NCBI GenBank assembly: GCA_022822405.1
Contig: JAJEBT010000092.1
Span: forward strand, 8,164-72,163
Origin: Alphaproteobacteria bacterium
GTDB lineage: Bacteria > Pseudomonadota > Alphaproteobacteria > MPNO01 > UBA830
DNA length: 64,000 nucleotides
Direction of reading: 5' to 3'
Shown: piece by piece, positions 26,082-36,196 of the stretch
Layout: every line of letters starts with the position of its first letter
Position numbering within the stretch: the first letter of the stretch is position 1
Translations under genes and position numbers: made by a program
The notes under the pieces: generated by a model
What the model was told of the DNA's origin: nothing
The model's input: only the letters and a program-made list of their open reading frames with translations
Database searches by the model: none

Positions 26082-27755
26082 TCAACCCTTCTTCGGGTCG
26101 AGCCCGTAGACTCCGCTGGCCGCCTGCGCGGTGACGTATCCTTCCGCGACATCCCGCGCCAGGCGCTCGGGGTCGCGTTTCCCGGGATCCCCGAAACCGC
26201 CGCCGCCCGCGGTCTCCAGGTAGAAAACCTGCCCGGCTTCCAGCTCGAACTTCCCCGCCGACGGCGTCTCGAGTTCGTCGTCCCGTCCCGCGCGGATCAC
26301 GAACCTGCTGCCGCCGCCGTCCTGTCCGCCGTGGCTGCCGGGCGGCGGAAATTTCCAGCGGTCGTAGCGGCGCACTACCGAGCAGTCCTGCAGCACCTCG
26401 TAGCGCCGCCGGAAGGAGACGCCGCCGCGGAACTCGCCGGCGCCGCCGGAATCCGCAACCATGTCGAATTCGGTGATGCGACACGGATACTCGCTTTCGA
26501 GGATCTCGATCGGCGTCACGTGGAGGTTCGAGAGATGGGTGGCGGTCGCGTTGCAGCCGTCATTGCCGTTGCCGCCGCCATAGGCCGAGCCGAGAATCTC
26601 GTATTGCAGCGTGTTATGGCCGGGCTTGCCACCCTTGTACCAGTTGATCGACAGCGACCCCGACGAGCCGGAACCGGCGATCGCGCGCATCGGATTGAAG
26701 GTTGCGAGGGCTTCGAGGATGACGTCGGTAAGCCGGAGATTTGCCTTCTGGTAGGACGACACCGGTGCCGGGCTCTCGGCATTGGTGATGGTGCGCGGTG
26801 CATAGACGAACTCCACCACGTCGCGCATGCCGTCGTTGAACTGCATCGTCGGTCCGAGGCAGCCGATCAGCGAGTAGAACACGCATGCCTCGACCATCGA
26901 CGGGCGCAGGTTGACCGGCCCCCGAGCTTGGGCCTGGGACTTCGAGAAGTCGAAGCTGATGCTGTGGCCCTTCTTGCGCACCGTCACCGCGAAATACACC
27001 CCTCGGTCGAGATCGACGCCGTCATCGTCCATGTAGCCGTCGGCGGATGCCTCGCCGTCGGGCAGCGCAGCGATCGCTCCGCGCATTTCCTCGGCTGCGG
27101 ATTGGAGAATGGCGGCGAAGGCCCCCGTCACCGTCGCGACCCCGAAGCGCGCGCAATGGTCCTGCATGCGCCGGACTCCCATCAGGGTTGCCGCGATCTG
27201 TGCGCGCATGTCGCCGCGCACCAGTTCCGGCTGGCGGCTGTTGGTGAGGATGAGGCGTTCGAGATCGTCGTCATAGTCGTGGCTGGCGGCGATCTTGACC
27301 GGCGGAAGCACGAGTCCCTCGTGGTAGATCTCGGTCGCGCTGGCCGAGGTCGAACCCGGGATCATGCCGCCGATATCGGCTTTGTGGGCGCAGGAGCCGG
27401 AGAATCCGACGAGCTCGCCGCCGGAGAAGATCGGCGAGATGAATGCCATGTCGGAGACATGCGGCACCCCGGCCTCGTAAGGATGGTTTGACACCACGAC
27501 GTCTCCGTCGGCCAGCCCGTCGATGCCGTAGAGCGCGACGGTACGATCGACGAAGTGCTTGTAGAACGGGGCGTGGAAGAACATCGGCGGCGGCACGATC
27601 AGCCGCCCCTCGCGGTCGAGGATCACGCACGAGAAGTCGCGGCTTTCGCGAATGATCGTCGAATAGCCCGACCGGTAGAAATGGTAGTGCATTTCGTCGA
27701 CGAGGCTTGCGACCTTGTTCCTGATGATCTGGATGGTTATCGGGTCGACGGCCAT
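26082..27755 (-). CDS. Hydantoinase B / oxoprolinase family protein (HyuB-like subunit)
   Basis: DPITIQIIRNKVASLVDEM and RSGYSTIIRESRDFSCVILD are typical Hydantoinase_B N-terminal blocks. Confidence 0.9.
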   Translation of the reverse strand: MAVDPITIQIIRNKVASLVDEMHYHFYRSGYSTIIRESRDFSCVILDREGRLIVPPPMFFHAPFYKHFVDRTVALYGIDGLADGDVVVSNHPYEAGVPHVSDMAFISPIFSGGELVGFSGSCAHKADIGGMIPGSTSASATEIYHEGLVLPPVKIAASHDYDDDLERLILTNSRQPELVRGDMRAQIAATLMGVRRMQDHCARFGVATVTGAFAAILQSAAEEMRGAIAALPDGEASADGYMDDDGVDLDRGVYFAVTVRKKGHSISFDFSKSQAQARGPVNLRPSMVEACVFYSLIGCLGPTMQFNDGMRDVVEFVYAPRTITNAESPAPVSSYQKANLRLTDVILEALATFNPMRAIAGSGSSGSLSINWYKGGKPGHNTLQYEILGSAYGGGNGNDGCNATATHLSNLHVTPIEILESEYPCRITEFDMVADSGGAGEFRGGVSFRRRYEVLQDCSVVRRYDRWKFPPPGSHGGQDGGGSRFVIRAGRDDELETPSAGKFELEAGQVFYLETAGGGGFGDPGKRDPERLARDVAEGYVTAQAASGVYGLDPKKG

Positions 27756-27756
27756 G

Positions 27757-29844
27757 TCACGAATTCCGGACGAGGACGAGATTGCGGTGGGCGTCGACCT
27801 CGGCCCGCCAGTCGGCCGTCACCACCGTCGTGGCGTCGAGCTGTTCGATGATAGCGGGACCGGAAACAACGGCGCCCGGCGGCAGCTCGCGGCGTGCCCA
27901 GATCGCGGTTCGCACCGGGGCGCCGACACCGAACCAAACGTCGCGCTCGCCCTTGCGCGCGCCCTCTGGCGCGGGCGACGCGGCGAACGCGGCCGCCGGT
28001 ACCGGTTCGTATTTGGGAACGGGCACGCGCACCCGGACGCGAAAGCTCACGATTTCGACCGGCTTCTCGGTCGCGGCATGGCCGTGGATGCGGGCATGGA
28101 TGCCGTCAAAACGCTCCCGCGCCGCCGCCAGCGCATCGCTGTCGAGCCCCGCATCGCTGCCAAGGCCGGCGAGGGGAACCCGCAATTCGTAGCCCTGGCC
28201 GGTGTAGCGCAGGTCGAGCTCGCGGTCGAAAAGCCCCGCATCGGGGTCGAGCCCCTCGTTCGCGAGTTCACGTCGCCCGCGCTCCTCAAGGTCCGCGAAG
28301 ACGCCTTCCGCGTGCGCAGCCGGCATCTGTTCGAGCGGGCGCAGTTCCGAGCGGATGTAGTCGTGGATGACATCGGTGCACAGCAGGCCGAGCGCCGAGA
28401 AGGCGCCGGGGCGCGGTGGCACGCGGATTCGTGTCATGTTGATTTCGTCGGCGACCGCTGCGGCGTGTACGGCGCCAGCACCGCCGAACGGCAGCAGGGA
28501 GAACTCCTGCGGATCGACGCCGCGCTTGGCTCCGAAAATGCGGATTTCATCGGCCATGCGCATGTCGACGATGCGGCGTATGCCGCAGGCCGCTTCGATG
28601 CCGGACATGCCGAGCGGTCCGCCGATCTTCTCCTCAAGTGCCGCGAGCGCGGCCTTGCGATCCAGAGACTGCGCACCGCCGAGGAAATACTCGGGATTGA
28701 GAAAACCGCACGCGATGTCTGCGTCGGTAACCGTCGGTTCGGTGCCGCCCTTGCCGTAGCAGACCGGTCCCGGCTCGGCGCCGGCGGAGTGCGGGCCCAC
28801 AGCCAGGAGCCCGCCGCCGTCGATCCAGGCGATCGAACCTCCGCCGGCCGAAATCGTCGTCAGGTCGAGCGCGGGAACGTCGAGACGCCGACGCGCGACC
28901 TCACTCTCGGCCACTTCGAGTGGAACGCCGCCCTCGATGAACGCGATGTCGCAGGATGTGCCGCCCATGTCGAGCGTGACCAGCCCGTGACTGTCCTCGG
29001 ATGCAAGATAGGCCGCCGCCTGCGCGCCCGCGGCCGGTCCCGAGAACAGGGTATGAACGGTCTTGGCTCCCGCGACCGCGGCCGAGAACGGCATGACGCC
29101 GCCGTTCGATTGCATCAGGAAGCGTTGCGGCGTGGTCGCACCGCCCCCGTCGAGGCCATCCGAGAGGTCTCCGATGTAGCCGATCAGGGTGGGTTCCAGA
29201 TAGGCGTTCAAAAGAGTGGTGGACATGCGGGGCCATTCGCGGATGCGCGGCAGCACGTCCGACGATAGCGACACATGACCCTCGGGCCACTCCTCGGCAA
29301 TGATTTCCCGGGAGCGCTGCTCGTGCGACGGGTTCATGTAGGAGAACAGGTAGACGATGGCGATCGAATCGACGCCCTTCTCCCGGAGAGTGCGTGCCGC
29401 CAAGCGCACCGCGTCCTCGTCGAGTGGCTCGAGCTCGTTGCCTTCGTAGTCGATTCGTCCGCCGATATCGTGGGTCAGGCTTTGCGGCGCGAGATGCGGC
29501 GGCCGCTGAAAGAAATAGTCGAACGGATTGCCGTCGCGCGCCTGTTGCTGGATCTCCTGGATGGCGCGGTATCCCCTTGTGATGAGCATGCCGACCCGCG
29601 CGCCTTTCATCTCGAGAAGGGCGTTGGTGGTGATGGTGGTGCCGTGGGCGAAAAACTCGATCGCTCCGGGATCTCTGCCCCTGGCAGCGAAGCGGTCGAT
29701 TCCCGCAAGCACTCCGAGCGCCGGATTGGCGGAAGTGGACGACACCTTCTCGATCTCGATCGAACCGTCGGTCACATCGAGAAGAATCAGGTCGGTGTGG
29801 GTGCCGCCGACATCGACGCCGAGGCGGTAGCGCGCGCCGCTCAT
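27757..29844 (-). CDS. Hydantoinase / oxoprolinase family protein (HyuA-like subunit)
   Basis: YRLGVDVGGTHTDLILLD (ASKHA-type ATPase start) and LTLDMGGTSCDIA are present. The stop lies 1 nt from the HyuB start. Confidence 0.9.
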   Translation of the reverse strand: MSGARYRLGVDVGGTHTDLILLDVTDGSIEIEKVSSTSANPALGVLAGIDRFAARGRDPGAIEFFAHGTTITTNALLEMKGARVGMLITRGYRAIQEIQQQARDGNPFDYFFQRPPHLAPQSLTHDIGGRIDYEGNELEPLDEDAVRLAARTLREKGVDSIAIVYLFSYMNPSHEQRSREIIAEEWPEGHVSLSSDVLPRIREWPRMSTTLLNAYLEPTLIGYIGDLSDGLDGGGATTPQRFLMQSNGGVMPFSAAVAGAKTVHTLFSGPAAGAQAAAYLASEDSHGLVTLDMGGTSCDIAFIEGGVPLEVAESEVARRRLDVPALDLTTISAGGGSIAWIDGGGLLAVGPHSAGAEPGPVCYGKGGTEPTVTDADIACGFLNPEYFLGGAQSLDRKAALAALEEKIGGPLGMSGIEAACGIRRIVDMRMADEIRIFGAKRGVDPQEFSLLPFGGAGAVHAAAVADEINMTRIRVPPRPGAFSALGLLCTDVIHDYIRSELRPLEQMPAAHAEGVFADLEERGRRELANEGLDPDAGLFDRELDLRYTGQGYELRVPLAGLGSDAGLDSDALAAARERFDGIHARIHGHAATEKPVEIVSFRVRVRVPVPKYEPVPAAAFAASPAPEGARKGERDVWFGVGAPVRTAIWARRELPPGAVVSGPAIIEQLDATTVVTADWRAEVDAHRNLVLVRNS

Positions 29845-29892
29845 CCGCTGTCCGCCGGCATGAAACTCCGCTCCGGACTCATCCGTGCCGGG

Positions 29893-30675
29893 CTACCTGG
29901 CCTTCGGCGCATCGGCAAAAGAGGCAAGCGCCATCGTGCCGCCGTCGACAAACAGGTTGGCGCCGGCGATGAAGGACGCGTCTTCGGAGGCGAGGAACAG
30001 TACCGCCTTGGCCTGTTCTTCCGGCTCGCCCGGGCGTCCGAGGAGGTTGTTCACCTTGCGGTTACGGTCGAAGACCTCGCGGCCGACCGGGGATCCGCTC
30101 ATGTTCGGCGAAACCTGGTTGACGATGATGCCGTAGGGCGCGAGCTGGACCGCAAGGGACTGGGTGAGGTTGAAGACGCCGCTCTTGGCCGCGGTATAGG
30201 CGAGCGCCGTCGGCCGGCCCTTGAAGCCGGAGGTCGATCCGATGTTGATGACGCGGCCGCCGCGCCCGTTGTCGACCATCCACCGAGCCACCTGCTTGGT
30301 CACGTAGAACGGCGAGGACAGGGTGACGTCGATGGTCTTCCGCCATTCGTCCTCGCTGAGCTCGAAAATGTCCTTGTTGTCCGAGATCGCGACATTGTTG
30401 ACTAGGATGTCGATGCCGCCGAAGGCGCCGACGGTGGCGGAGACCATGTCCGCGATGTCGTCGGTGCGCGAGACGTCGCAGACGATGGCGACGGCGCGGC
30501 CGCCGCTCTTCTCGATGGCGGCGGCCACCGATTCGGCGCGTCCGCTGTCCATGTCGACCACTGCCACCATGGCGCCTTCCGAGGCAAAGAGCTTCGCGAT
30601 CTCCTCGCCGATATTGCGTCCCGCACCGGTCACGATCGCAGACTTGCCGCCGAGCCGCCCCCTGTCTTCCACCAT
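29893..30675 (-). CDS. SDR family oxidoreductase
   Basis: TGAGRNIG, NNVA and YTAAKSG (YxxxK) are present. ATG 30675 is preferred (AGGAAG SD) over GTG 30711. Confidence 0.85.
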   Translation of the reverse strand: MVEDRGRLGGKSAIVTGAGRNIGEEIAKLFASEGAMVAVVDMDSGRAESVAAAIEKSGGRAVAIVCDVSRTDDIADMVSATVGAFGGIDILVNNVAISDNKDIFELSEDEWRKTIDVTLSSPFYVTKQVARWMVDNGRGGRVINIGSTSGFKGRPTALAYTAAKSGVFNLTQSLAVQLAPYGIIVNQVSPNMSGSPVGREVFDRNRKVNNLLGRPGEPEEQAKAVLFLASEDASFIAGANLFVDGGTMALASFADAPKAR

Positions 30676-30754
30676 TCGCCGCTTCCTGTTTTGCGCTGTC
30701 CGGGTTTCCACTATAACGCGGGCAATAGACTTGGATTCGGGAGGAAAAGCAAGA

Positions 30755-33061
30755 ATGGGTGAGTTCGATGTCGGTCAGCCGATTCCACGCACGGAAGATC
30801 CGCGGCTTCTGATGGGAGGCGGGCGTTACGCGGACGATATCTCGCTTCCGCGCCAGGCTTGCGCGCTTGTCGTCAGGTCGCCGCATGCACATGCCCGGAT
30901 CCTGTCAATCGACACCTCGCAGGCCGAATCGATGCCAGGCGTCCTTGCGGTTCTCACCGGCGAGGACTATGTCGCCGACGGTTTGGGCGACCTCCGGTGC
31001 CTGACCAGGTGGAATGACGGACAGTACCAGAACCCGTGCCCGGCGCTTGCCGTCGGCAGGGTCCGTTTCGTCGGCGATCCGGTCGTCTTCATCGTTGCGG
31101 AAACCGTGAATCAGGCCCGCGATGCGGCGGAAGCCATCGACATCGCGTATGATCCGCTGCCGGCCGTGGTGTCGACCGCGGATGCCGCGGGGGAAGACGC
31201 GCCGCTGATCTGGGACGACTGCCCGGGCAATGCCTGCTTCACTGTCGAGCGCGGTTATCGGGAAGAGACCGCGGCTGCATTCGAGGTCGCGGATCATGTC
31301 GTCGAACGGACCTTTCACATCTCGCGCATGGTTGCCAACACGCTAGAGCCGCGCGCCTATGTCGGCGTTTACGACGCCACCGACAGGCGCTACACGCTCC
31401 ATACGGCGCTCCATTATCCGCACAAGCTGCGCGAACAGCTTGCGAGCGAGATCCTGCATGTCGGCGAACGTGACGTCCGGGTGATAGCGGGTGACATTGG
31501 CGGAAGCTTCGGACTGCGCGGTGGGACCTATCCCGAGCAGGTACTCGTGCTGTGGGCATCGCGGCGCATAGGGCGCCCGGTGAAATGGACGGGCGAACGT
31601 TCAGAAGGCCATCTTGCCGACTACCAGGGTCGCGACAACGTCTCGACGGCCCGTCTCGCACTTGACGGTGACGGGAATTTCCTGGCTCTCCAGGTGCGCA
31701 CCCTTGCGGCGCTTGGCGCCTATATCACGACCGCGGGCAGCGGGCCGCCGGTGAACAATCTCGGCACTTTGGCCGGCACCTACAGGACGCCGGCAATCCA
31801 TGTCGAGGTCACCGGCATCTATACCAACACCACGCCGACTTCTCCGTATCGCGGAGCGGGACGGCCCGAAGCCGCCTACATCATTGAGACGCTGGTTGAC
31901 GATGCTGCCCGCGCGCTCGGACGCGATCCCGCGGAACTCCGGCGACAGAACACGATTCCGCCCGAGGCGATGCCGTTCAAGACCGGTCTCGTATTCACCT
32001 ACGATTGCGGCGAGTTCGAGAAAAATCTGGATGACGGGCTCGCGATGATCGATCACGCCGGCTTCGAGTCTCGGCGGCGGGATTCCGAGGCGTGCGGGCG
32101 CCTTCGCGGCCTTGGGCTGTCGAACACCATCGAACGCGCCGGCGCGCCATCGATGGAGGAGGCAACCGTCCGCATCGACAGCGGCGGCGGCGTTACCGTA
32201 CTGGCCGGCACCATCAGCCAGGGTCAGGGGCATGAGACTGTTTACAAGCAAATCGTTTCGCAACAGCTCGGTGTGCCCATCGACGATATCCGGGTGCGGG
32301 AAGGGGACACAGACCTCCAGGGTGTCGGCGGGGGAACCGGGGGGTCGAGATCGGCGACCTGCGGCGGTTCGGCCGTCTACCGCGCAGTCGAGGCGGCCGT
32401 CGCCAAGGGCAAGGTCCTTGCGGCGCACCGACTGGAGGCGAGCATCGAGGATATCGAGTTTTCCGATGGCATGTTCGTCATCGGCGGTACCGACCGTTCG
32501 ATCGCGCTGAGCGAAGTTGCGCGGAAGTCCTACATGCCGTCGGAACTCCCTGAAGGAGTCAGCGCCGGCATCGATGAGCGTGCGACGTTTTCGCCCAAGG
32601 CGGCGAACTATCCAAACGGCTGCCATGCCTGCGAGGTCGAGATAGATCCCGAGACCGGCGAGGTCGAGATCCTCGCCTATGTGATCGTCGACGACGTGGG
32701 CACGGTCTTGAATCCGTCTCTGCTCAAGGGTCAGATCCACGGCGGCGTTGCGCAGGGGGTCGGACAGGCGGTGATGGAACGGGCGGTTTATGCTGCCGAC
32801 GGCCAGAACCTGGCGGCATCGTTCATGGATTACGCCATGCCGCGGGCAGAGGATTTCTGCATGTTCGAAGTCAAGTCGAACCCGGTTCCGACGCAACAGA
32901 ATCCGCTGGGTGTGAAGGGAGCGGGCGAAGCCGGGACGGTCGGCGCGTTGCCCGCGGTGATGAATGCGATCGAGAACGCACTGAACCGGGCGGGGATATC
33001 GTCAATCGAAATGCCTGCGACGCCCGAGAGGATATGGCGGGCTTTGCGGCAGGCGGCCTGA
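30755..33061 (+). CDS. Xanthine dehydrogenase family molybdopterin-binding (large) subunit, orphan
   Basis: VGQPIPRTEDPRLLMGGGRYADD, GDIGGSFG and the C-terminal VKGAGEAGTVGA are present. SD GGGAGGA lies before ATG 30755. No adjacent Fe-S or FAD subunit gene is present. Confidence 0.9.
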   Translation: MGEFDVGQPIPRTEDPRLLMGGGRYADDISLPRQACALVVRSPHAHARILSIDTSQAESMPGVLAVLTGEDYVADGLGDLRCLTRWNDGQYQNPCPALAVGRVRFVGDPVVFIVAETVNQARDAAEAIDIAYDPLPAVVSTADAAGEDAPLIWDDCPGNACFTVERGYREETAAAFEVADHVVERTFHISRMVANTLEPRAYVGVYDATDRRYTLHTALHYPHKLREQLASEILHVGERDVRVIAGDIGGSFGLRGGTYPEQVLVLWASRRIGRPVKWTGERSEGHLADYQGRDNVSTARLALDGDGNFLALQVRTLAALGAYITTAGSGPPVNNLGTLAGTYRTPAIHVEVTGIYTNTTPTSPYRGAGRPEAAYIIETLVDDAARALGRDPAELRRQNTIPPEAMPFKTGLVFTYDCGEFEKNLDDGLAMIDHAGFESRRRDSEACGRLRGLGLSNTIERAGAPSMEEATVRIDSGGGVTVLAGTISQGQGHETVYKQIVSQQLGVPIDDIRVREGDTDLQGVGGGTGGSRSATCGGSAVYRAVEAAVAKGKVLAAHRLEASIEDIEFSDGMFVIGGTDRSIALSEVARKSYMPSELPEGVSAGIDERATFSPKAANYPNGCHACEVEIDPETGEVEILAYVIVDDVGTVLNPSLLKGQIHGGVAQGVGQAVMERAVYAADGQNLAASFMDYAMPRAEDFCMFEVKSNPVPTQQNPLGVKGAGEAGTVGALPAVMNAIENALNRAGISSIEMPATPERIWRALRQAA

Positions 33062-33328
33062 GCATCGCTGCCGTTCGCGTGGGCGCTTATTGAAAAGCAC
33101 TGCCGTTCATGCTCCGCCGATCTCTGGTTGCGCGCCTCTATACCGGCCGGCCATGAATGATCGTGCCGTTGTGGACTGTCGGGTGCGGTGCAGGGAGATG
33201 CTTCTTGTCCCCGCAATATCCGCCTTGCAGGTTGCCGGTTGACCGCTTCGTGAAATTTCTTGCGCCGGGACACCAGAGGGCGGATGGCGTGCGCTGCGGC
33301 CGGCCCGGTTGCAGCAACGGCCAGGTGG

Positions 33329-34171
33329 TCAGTAACGTTGCCCCCGCCCGGCGTCCGCATTTTCATAGAGTATCTTTCGCTTGAGTGCGGAATCTTCACG
33401 GCAGAGCGCAATGTCCTCGTCGGCCAGCCGACCGCGGGGTGGTCCCGCGATCCGGAAATGCCCGTAATCGTCGAAGCCGCTCACATGCGCTACCAGGGAG
33501 CGGTCTCCGGTGCGCTGCCGCATGGAGGGTTTGATGTAGCGGATCGCGGCGCCAAGGCGCCGATCAGCGGTCGTGTTTGCCCCGGAGGAGTGAAACAGGT
33601 GGCCATGGTGCAATGATGCCTGCCCGGCTCGCAGAATCACGTCTACACTTTCGCTGTCGTCAAACTCGAAGGCGATTTTTTGACCGCGGGTAAGCAGGTT
33701 GTTGTCATTGAACGTGTCGACGTGAGGCACCATCCCGCGGCGATGGCTACCCGGAACAAAACGCATGCAGCCGCTTGCAACGGTCGACGGAGACAGGGCG
33801 ACCCACGCCGTTACCTCGTCGACGTCATCGAGTCCCCAGTACGTGAGATCTTGGTGCCAGGTAACGATTTGGGTCGATAGGGGTTCCTTGATGAACAGGC
33901 CGCAACTCCAGACCAGGAGATCCGGCCCGAGGATCGGTCTGACGGCATCGAGCAGATTCGGATTGCGGATCATGCGGTCGAAGGAAGGCAGCAGACGATC
34001 GGCATAGGATCGCGCAAGCATCAGTTTTTCCGGATCGTCAGCAAGTTCGGTTTCGGCCCGCTCAAGATCGGCACGAACCGCCCCGGCTTCTGCGTCGTCC
34101 ATCACGTCGACGGGAAAGACGAATCCGTTCCGGGCAAAAGTCTCCGCTGCGTTGTCCGCTGAAAGAGACAC
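33329..34171 (-). CDS. Phytanoyl-CoA dioxygenase (PhyH) family Fe(II)/2OG oxygenase
   Basis: WHQDLTYW (HxD) and HHGHLFHSSGANTTADRR are present, at typical PhyH length. Confidence 0.85.
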   Translation of the reverse strand: MSLSADNAAETFARNGFVFPVDVMDDAEAGAVRADLERAETELADDPEKLMLARSYADRLLPSFDRMIRNPNLLDAVRPILGPDLLVWSCGLFIKEPLSTQIVTWHQDLTYWGLDDVDEVTAWVALSPSTVASGCMRFVPGSHRRGMVPHVDTFNDNNLLTRGQKIAFEFDDSESVDVILRAGQASLHHGHLFHSSGANTTADRRLGAAIRYIKPSMRQRTGDRSLVAHVSGFDDYGHFRIAGPPRGRLADEDIALCREDSALKRKILYENADAGRGQRY

Positions 34172-34566
34172 GGGAAGTCCTTTCTGTCGTGGTGCTTTGC
34201 GCCGTGCAGGAGCAGTCCGCGCGCTGCCGGGGTCGACACGTCAGAGGATGATTGCCGATATCGGATTTCAGCGCAATGAGAGGCCGGCTCCGGATCGGGT
34301 CTTGCGCCTGCAGCAATTCTTCGCATGTCCCGATTTCGGCCTGCTTTGCTTCCGACCGGACTCCAGCGATGAAATGTCGTTCGCCTACGAACTGTCGGGG
34401 GCATCAGCCAGCGATGCTATAGTGGGGTCCTTACGGCAGCGTACAGGGTGCCAGCCCGGCAAGACGATCTCACCGGGATACCGGCATGTCCGGTCGCTCC
34501 GCCGCCTTCCGGCGGATGTCTTTTAACACCATGCAAGCCGTTCACCGAACGCGAGGACTGCCTTCC

Positions 34567-35625
34567 ATGAAATTCGGCCTGTTCTATCTTCCGACCCATC
34601 TGCCTGACAAGCGCGACGTGCATGTTCACATGCAGAACATCGTCGAACAGGTCGAGTATGCCGACAGCATCGGCATCGACTACGCATGGATGGTCGAGCA
34701 CCATTTCGTGCGCCATGGCGGATTCCTGCCGGCCCACTACGCATTCCTGTCCTTTCTCGCCGCTCGTACAGAGAACATCCGTCTCGGCACCGGTGCGACC
34801 GTGCTGCCGCTCAATGATCCGCTCCGGGTGGCGGAGCAGGCGGCTACGCTCGACCAGCTCTCGAAGGGACGGCTCGACTTTGGCGTGGGCAGAGGCTTCA
34901 TCCGCGACGAGTTCGACGCTTTCGGCGTACCGATGCGGGAAAGCCGCGAGCGGGTGGAAGAGGGGGTCGAGTTTGTCCTCCAGGCATGGACCGGGGAACC
35001 GCTCGAGTTCGAATCGAAATTCCGGCCGAGGGTGTCCGGCCTCAGGGTCTTGCCGCCGGTTTACCAGAAACCGCACCCGCCGATCTGGAACGCGTGCCTG
35101 ATGTCGCCCGAGAGCTTCGAGTGGACCGCGCGCGAAGGCCACAATCTCCTCTATGTTGCCTATCATGTCGATCATCCTGTCGCTGTGGAGCGGATCGGCT
35201 GGTACCAAGATGCCCTGGAAAAATACGGACGGCCTGCGTCCGACCACGAGATCTGCTGCGTCTATCACGCGCATTTCCTCGAACAGACGGACGATGCCGC
35301 GCTCAAGGCCGTGGTCGATGGTCCGATGGCCGAATACGCCCGGGCCGGCATCGAGGCGGCGAGCAAACCGCCCGACCCGGAAGCCTACAAGGGGTATCAG
35401 CGCCGCGAATCTGGCCAGCAGGAACTCACCTTCGAGCGCTATTTTCCCGGCCGCGTACTGATGGGCGGACCCGAACAGGCGGTCGAACGCATCGAGGTGT
35501 TGCGGGAAATCGGGATAACCCAGATCGCAATGCTGGTCGATTTCGGTTCGCTTGCTCAGCAGGAGATCATGCGGTCGCTCGAGATCTTCGGGCGCGAGAT
35601 TCTGCCGAAGGTGCGCGACCTCTGA
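34567..35625 (+). CDS. LLM-class (luciferase-like) flavin-dependent oxidoreductase
   Basis: MKFGLFYLP...AWMVEHHF... and the LDQLSKGRLDFGVGRG pattern are present. Confidence 0.85.
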   Translation: MKFGLFYLPTHLPDKRDVHVHMQNIVEQVEYADSIGIDYAWMVEHHFVRHGGFLPAHYAFLSFLAARTENIRLGTGATVLPLNDPLRVAEQAATLDQLSKGRLDFGVGRGFIRDEFDAFGVPMRESRERVEEGVEFVLQAWTGEPLEFESKFRPRVSGLRVLPPVYQKPHPPIWNACLMSPESFEWTAREGHNLLYVAYHVDHPVAVERIGWYQDALEKYGRPASDHEICCVYHAHFLEQTDDAALKAVVDGPMAEYARAGIEAASKPPDPEAYKGYQRRESGQQELTFERYFPGRVLMGGPEQAVERIEVLREIGITQIAMLVDFGSLAQQEIMRSLEIFGREILPKVRDL

Positions 35626-35701
35626 CGGCTACGGTCGCTGGGTTTCCCGGGACCGCCGACGTGGCCGCAACATTTTGACCGGTATTGTTCGCCGTGCCAC
35701 T

Positions 35702-36196
35702 ATGCTGCAAATGCCGAATGAAGACTCAGCTGAAATCACCCTGGATGTGAATGGTGAGACGGTGACGCGGACGGTTCCCGTCCGTCGTCATCTCGTGGAT
35801 TTCCTGCGCCTCGACCTTGGCCTTACGGGCTCGCATCTGGGTTGCGAACACGGTGTGTGCGGTGCGTGCACGGTCAGGGTAGATGGGGTCGTGGTCCGAG
35901 GTTGTCTCATTCTTGCTGCCCAGGTGGACGGCGCGGAGGTTGTTACCATCGAGGGGTTGTCGCGGTCGGGCGAGTTTGCGGTCCTCCAGCGGGAATTCGA
36001 GCAGCGGAACGCCGCCCAGTGCGGGTTCTGCACTCCGGGCATGGTTCTGACGGCTGCCGAACTGCTGGAATCCGGGGTCGTGCTGGATCGCGACGGAATT
36101 CGCGACCACCTCTCGGGCAATCTCTGCAGATGTACCGGGTATCAGTCCATCATCGATGCGGTGGAGGCCGCCTCGAAGGCGCAGTCGGCGCCATGA
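35702..36196 (+). CDS. (2Fe-2S)-binding small subunit of a molybdenum hydroxylase (CoxS/IorA-like)
   Basis: CEHGVCGACTV, QCGFCTPG and LCRCTGY cysteine clusters are present. ATGA overlap with the following large subunit. Confidence 0.9.
   Translation: MLQMPNEDSAEITLDVNGETVTRTVPVRRHLVDFLRLDLGLTGSHLGCEHGVCGACTVRVDGVVVRGCLILAAQVDGAEVVTIEGLSRSGEFAVLQREFEQRNAAQCGFCTPGMVLTAAELLESGVVLDRDGIRDHLSGNLCRCTGYQSIIDAVEAASKAQSAP

Noticed and set aside
606-29844. The idea that the isochorismatase-family amidase (N-carbamoylsarcosine amidase-like) and HyuA/HyuB (N-methylhydantoinase-like) form the creatinine degradation pathway.
   Set aside because: The genes are 25 kb apart on opposite strands in unrelated operons. 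The amidase is translationally coupled to a maleate isomerase, which fits the maleamate route better.
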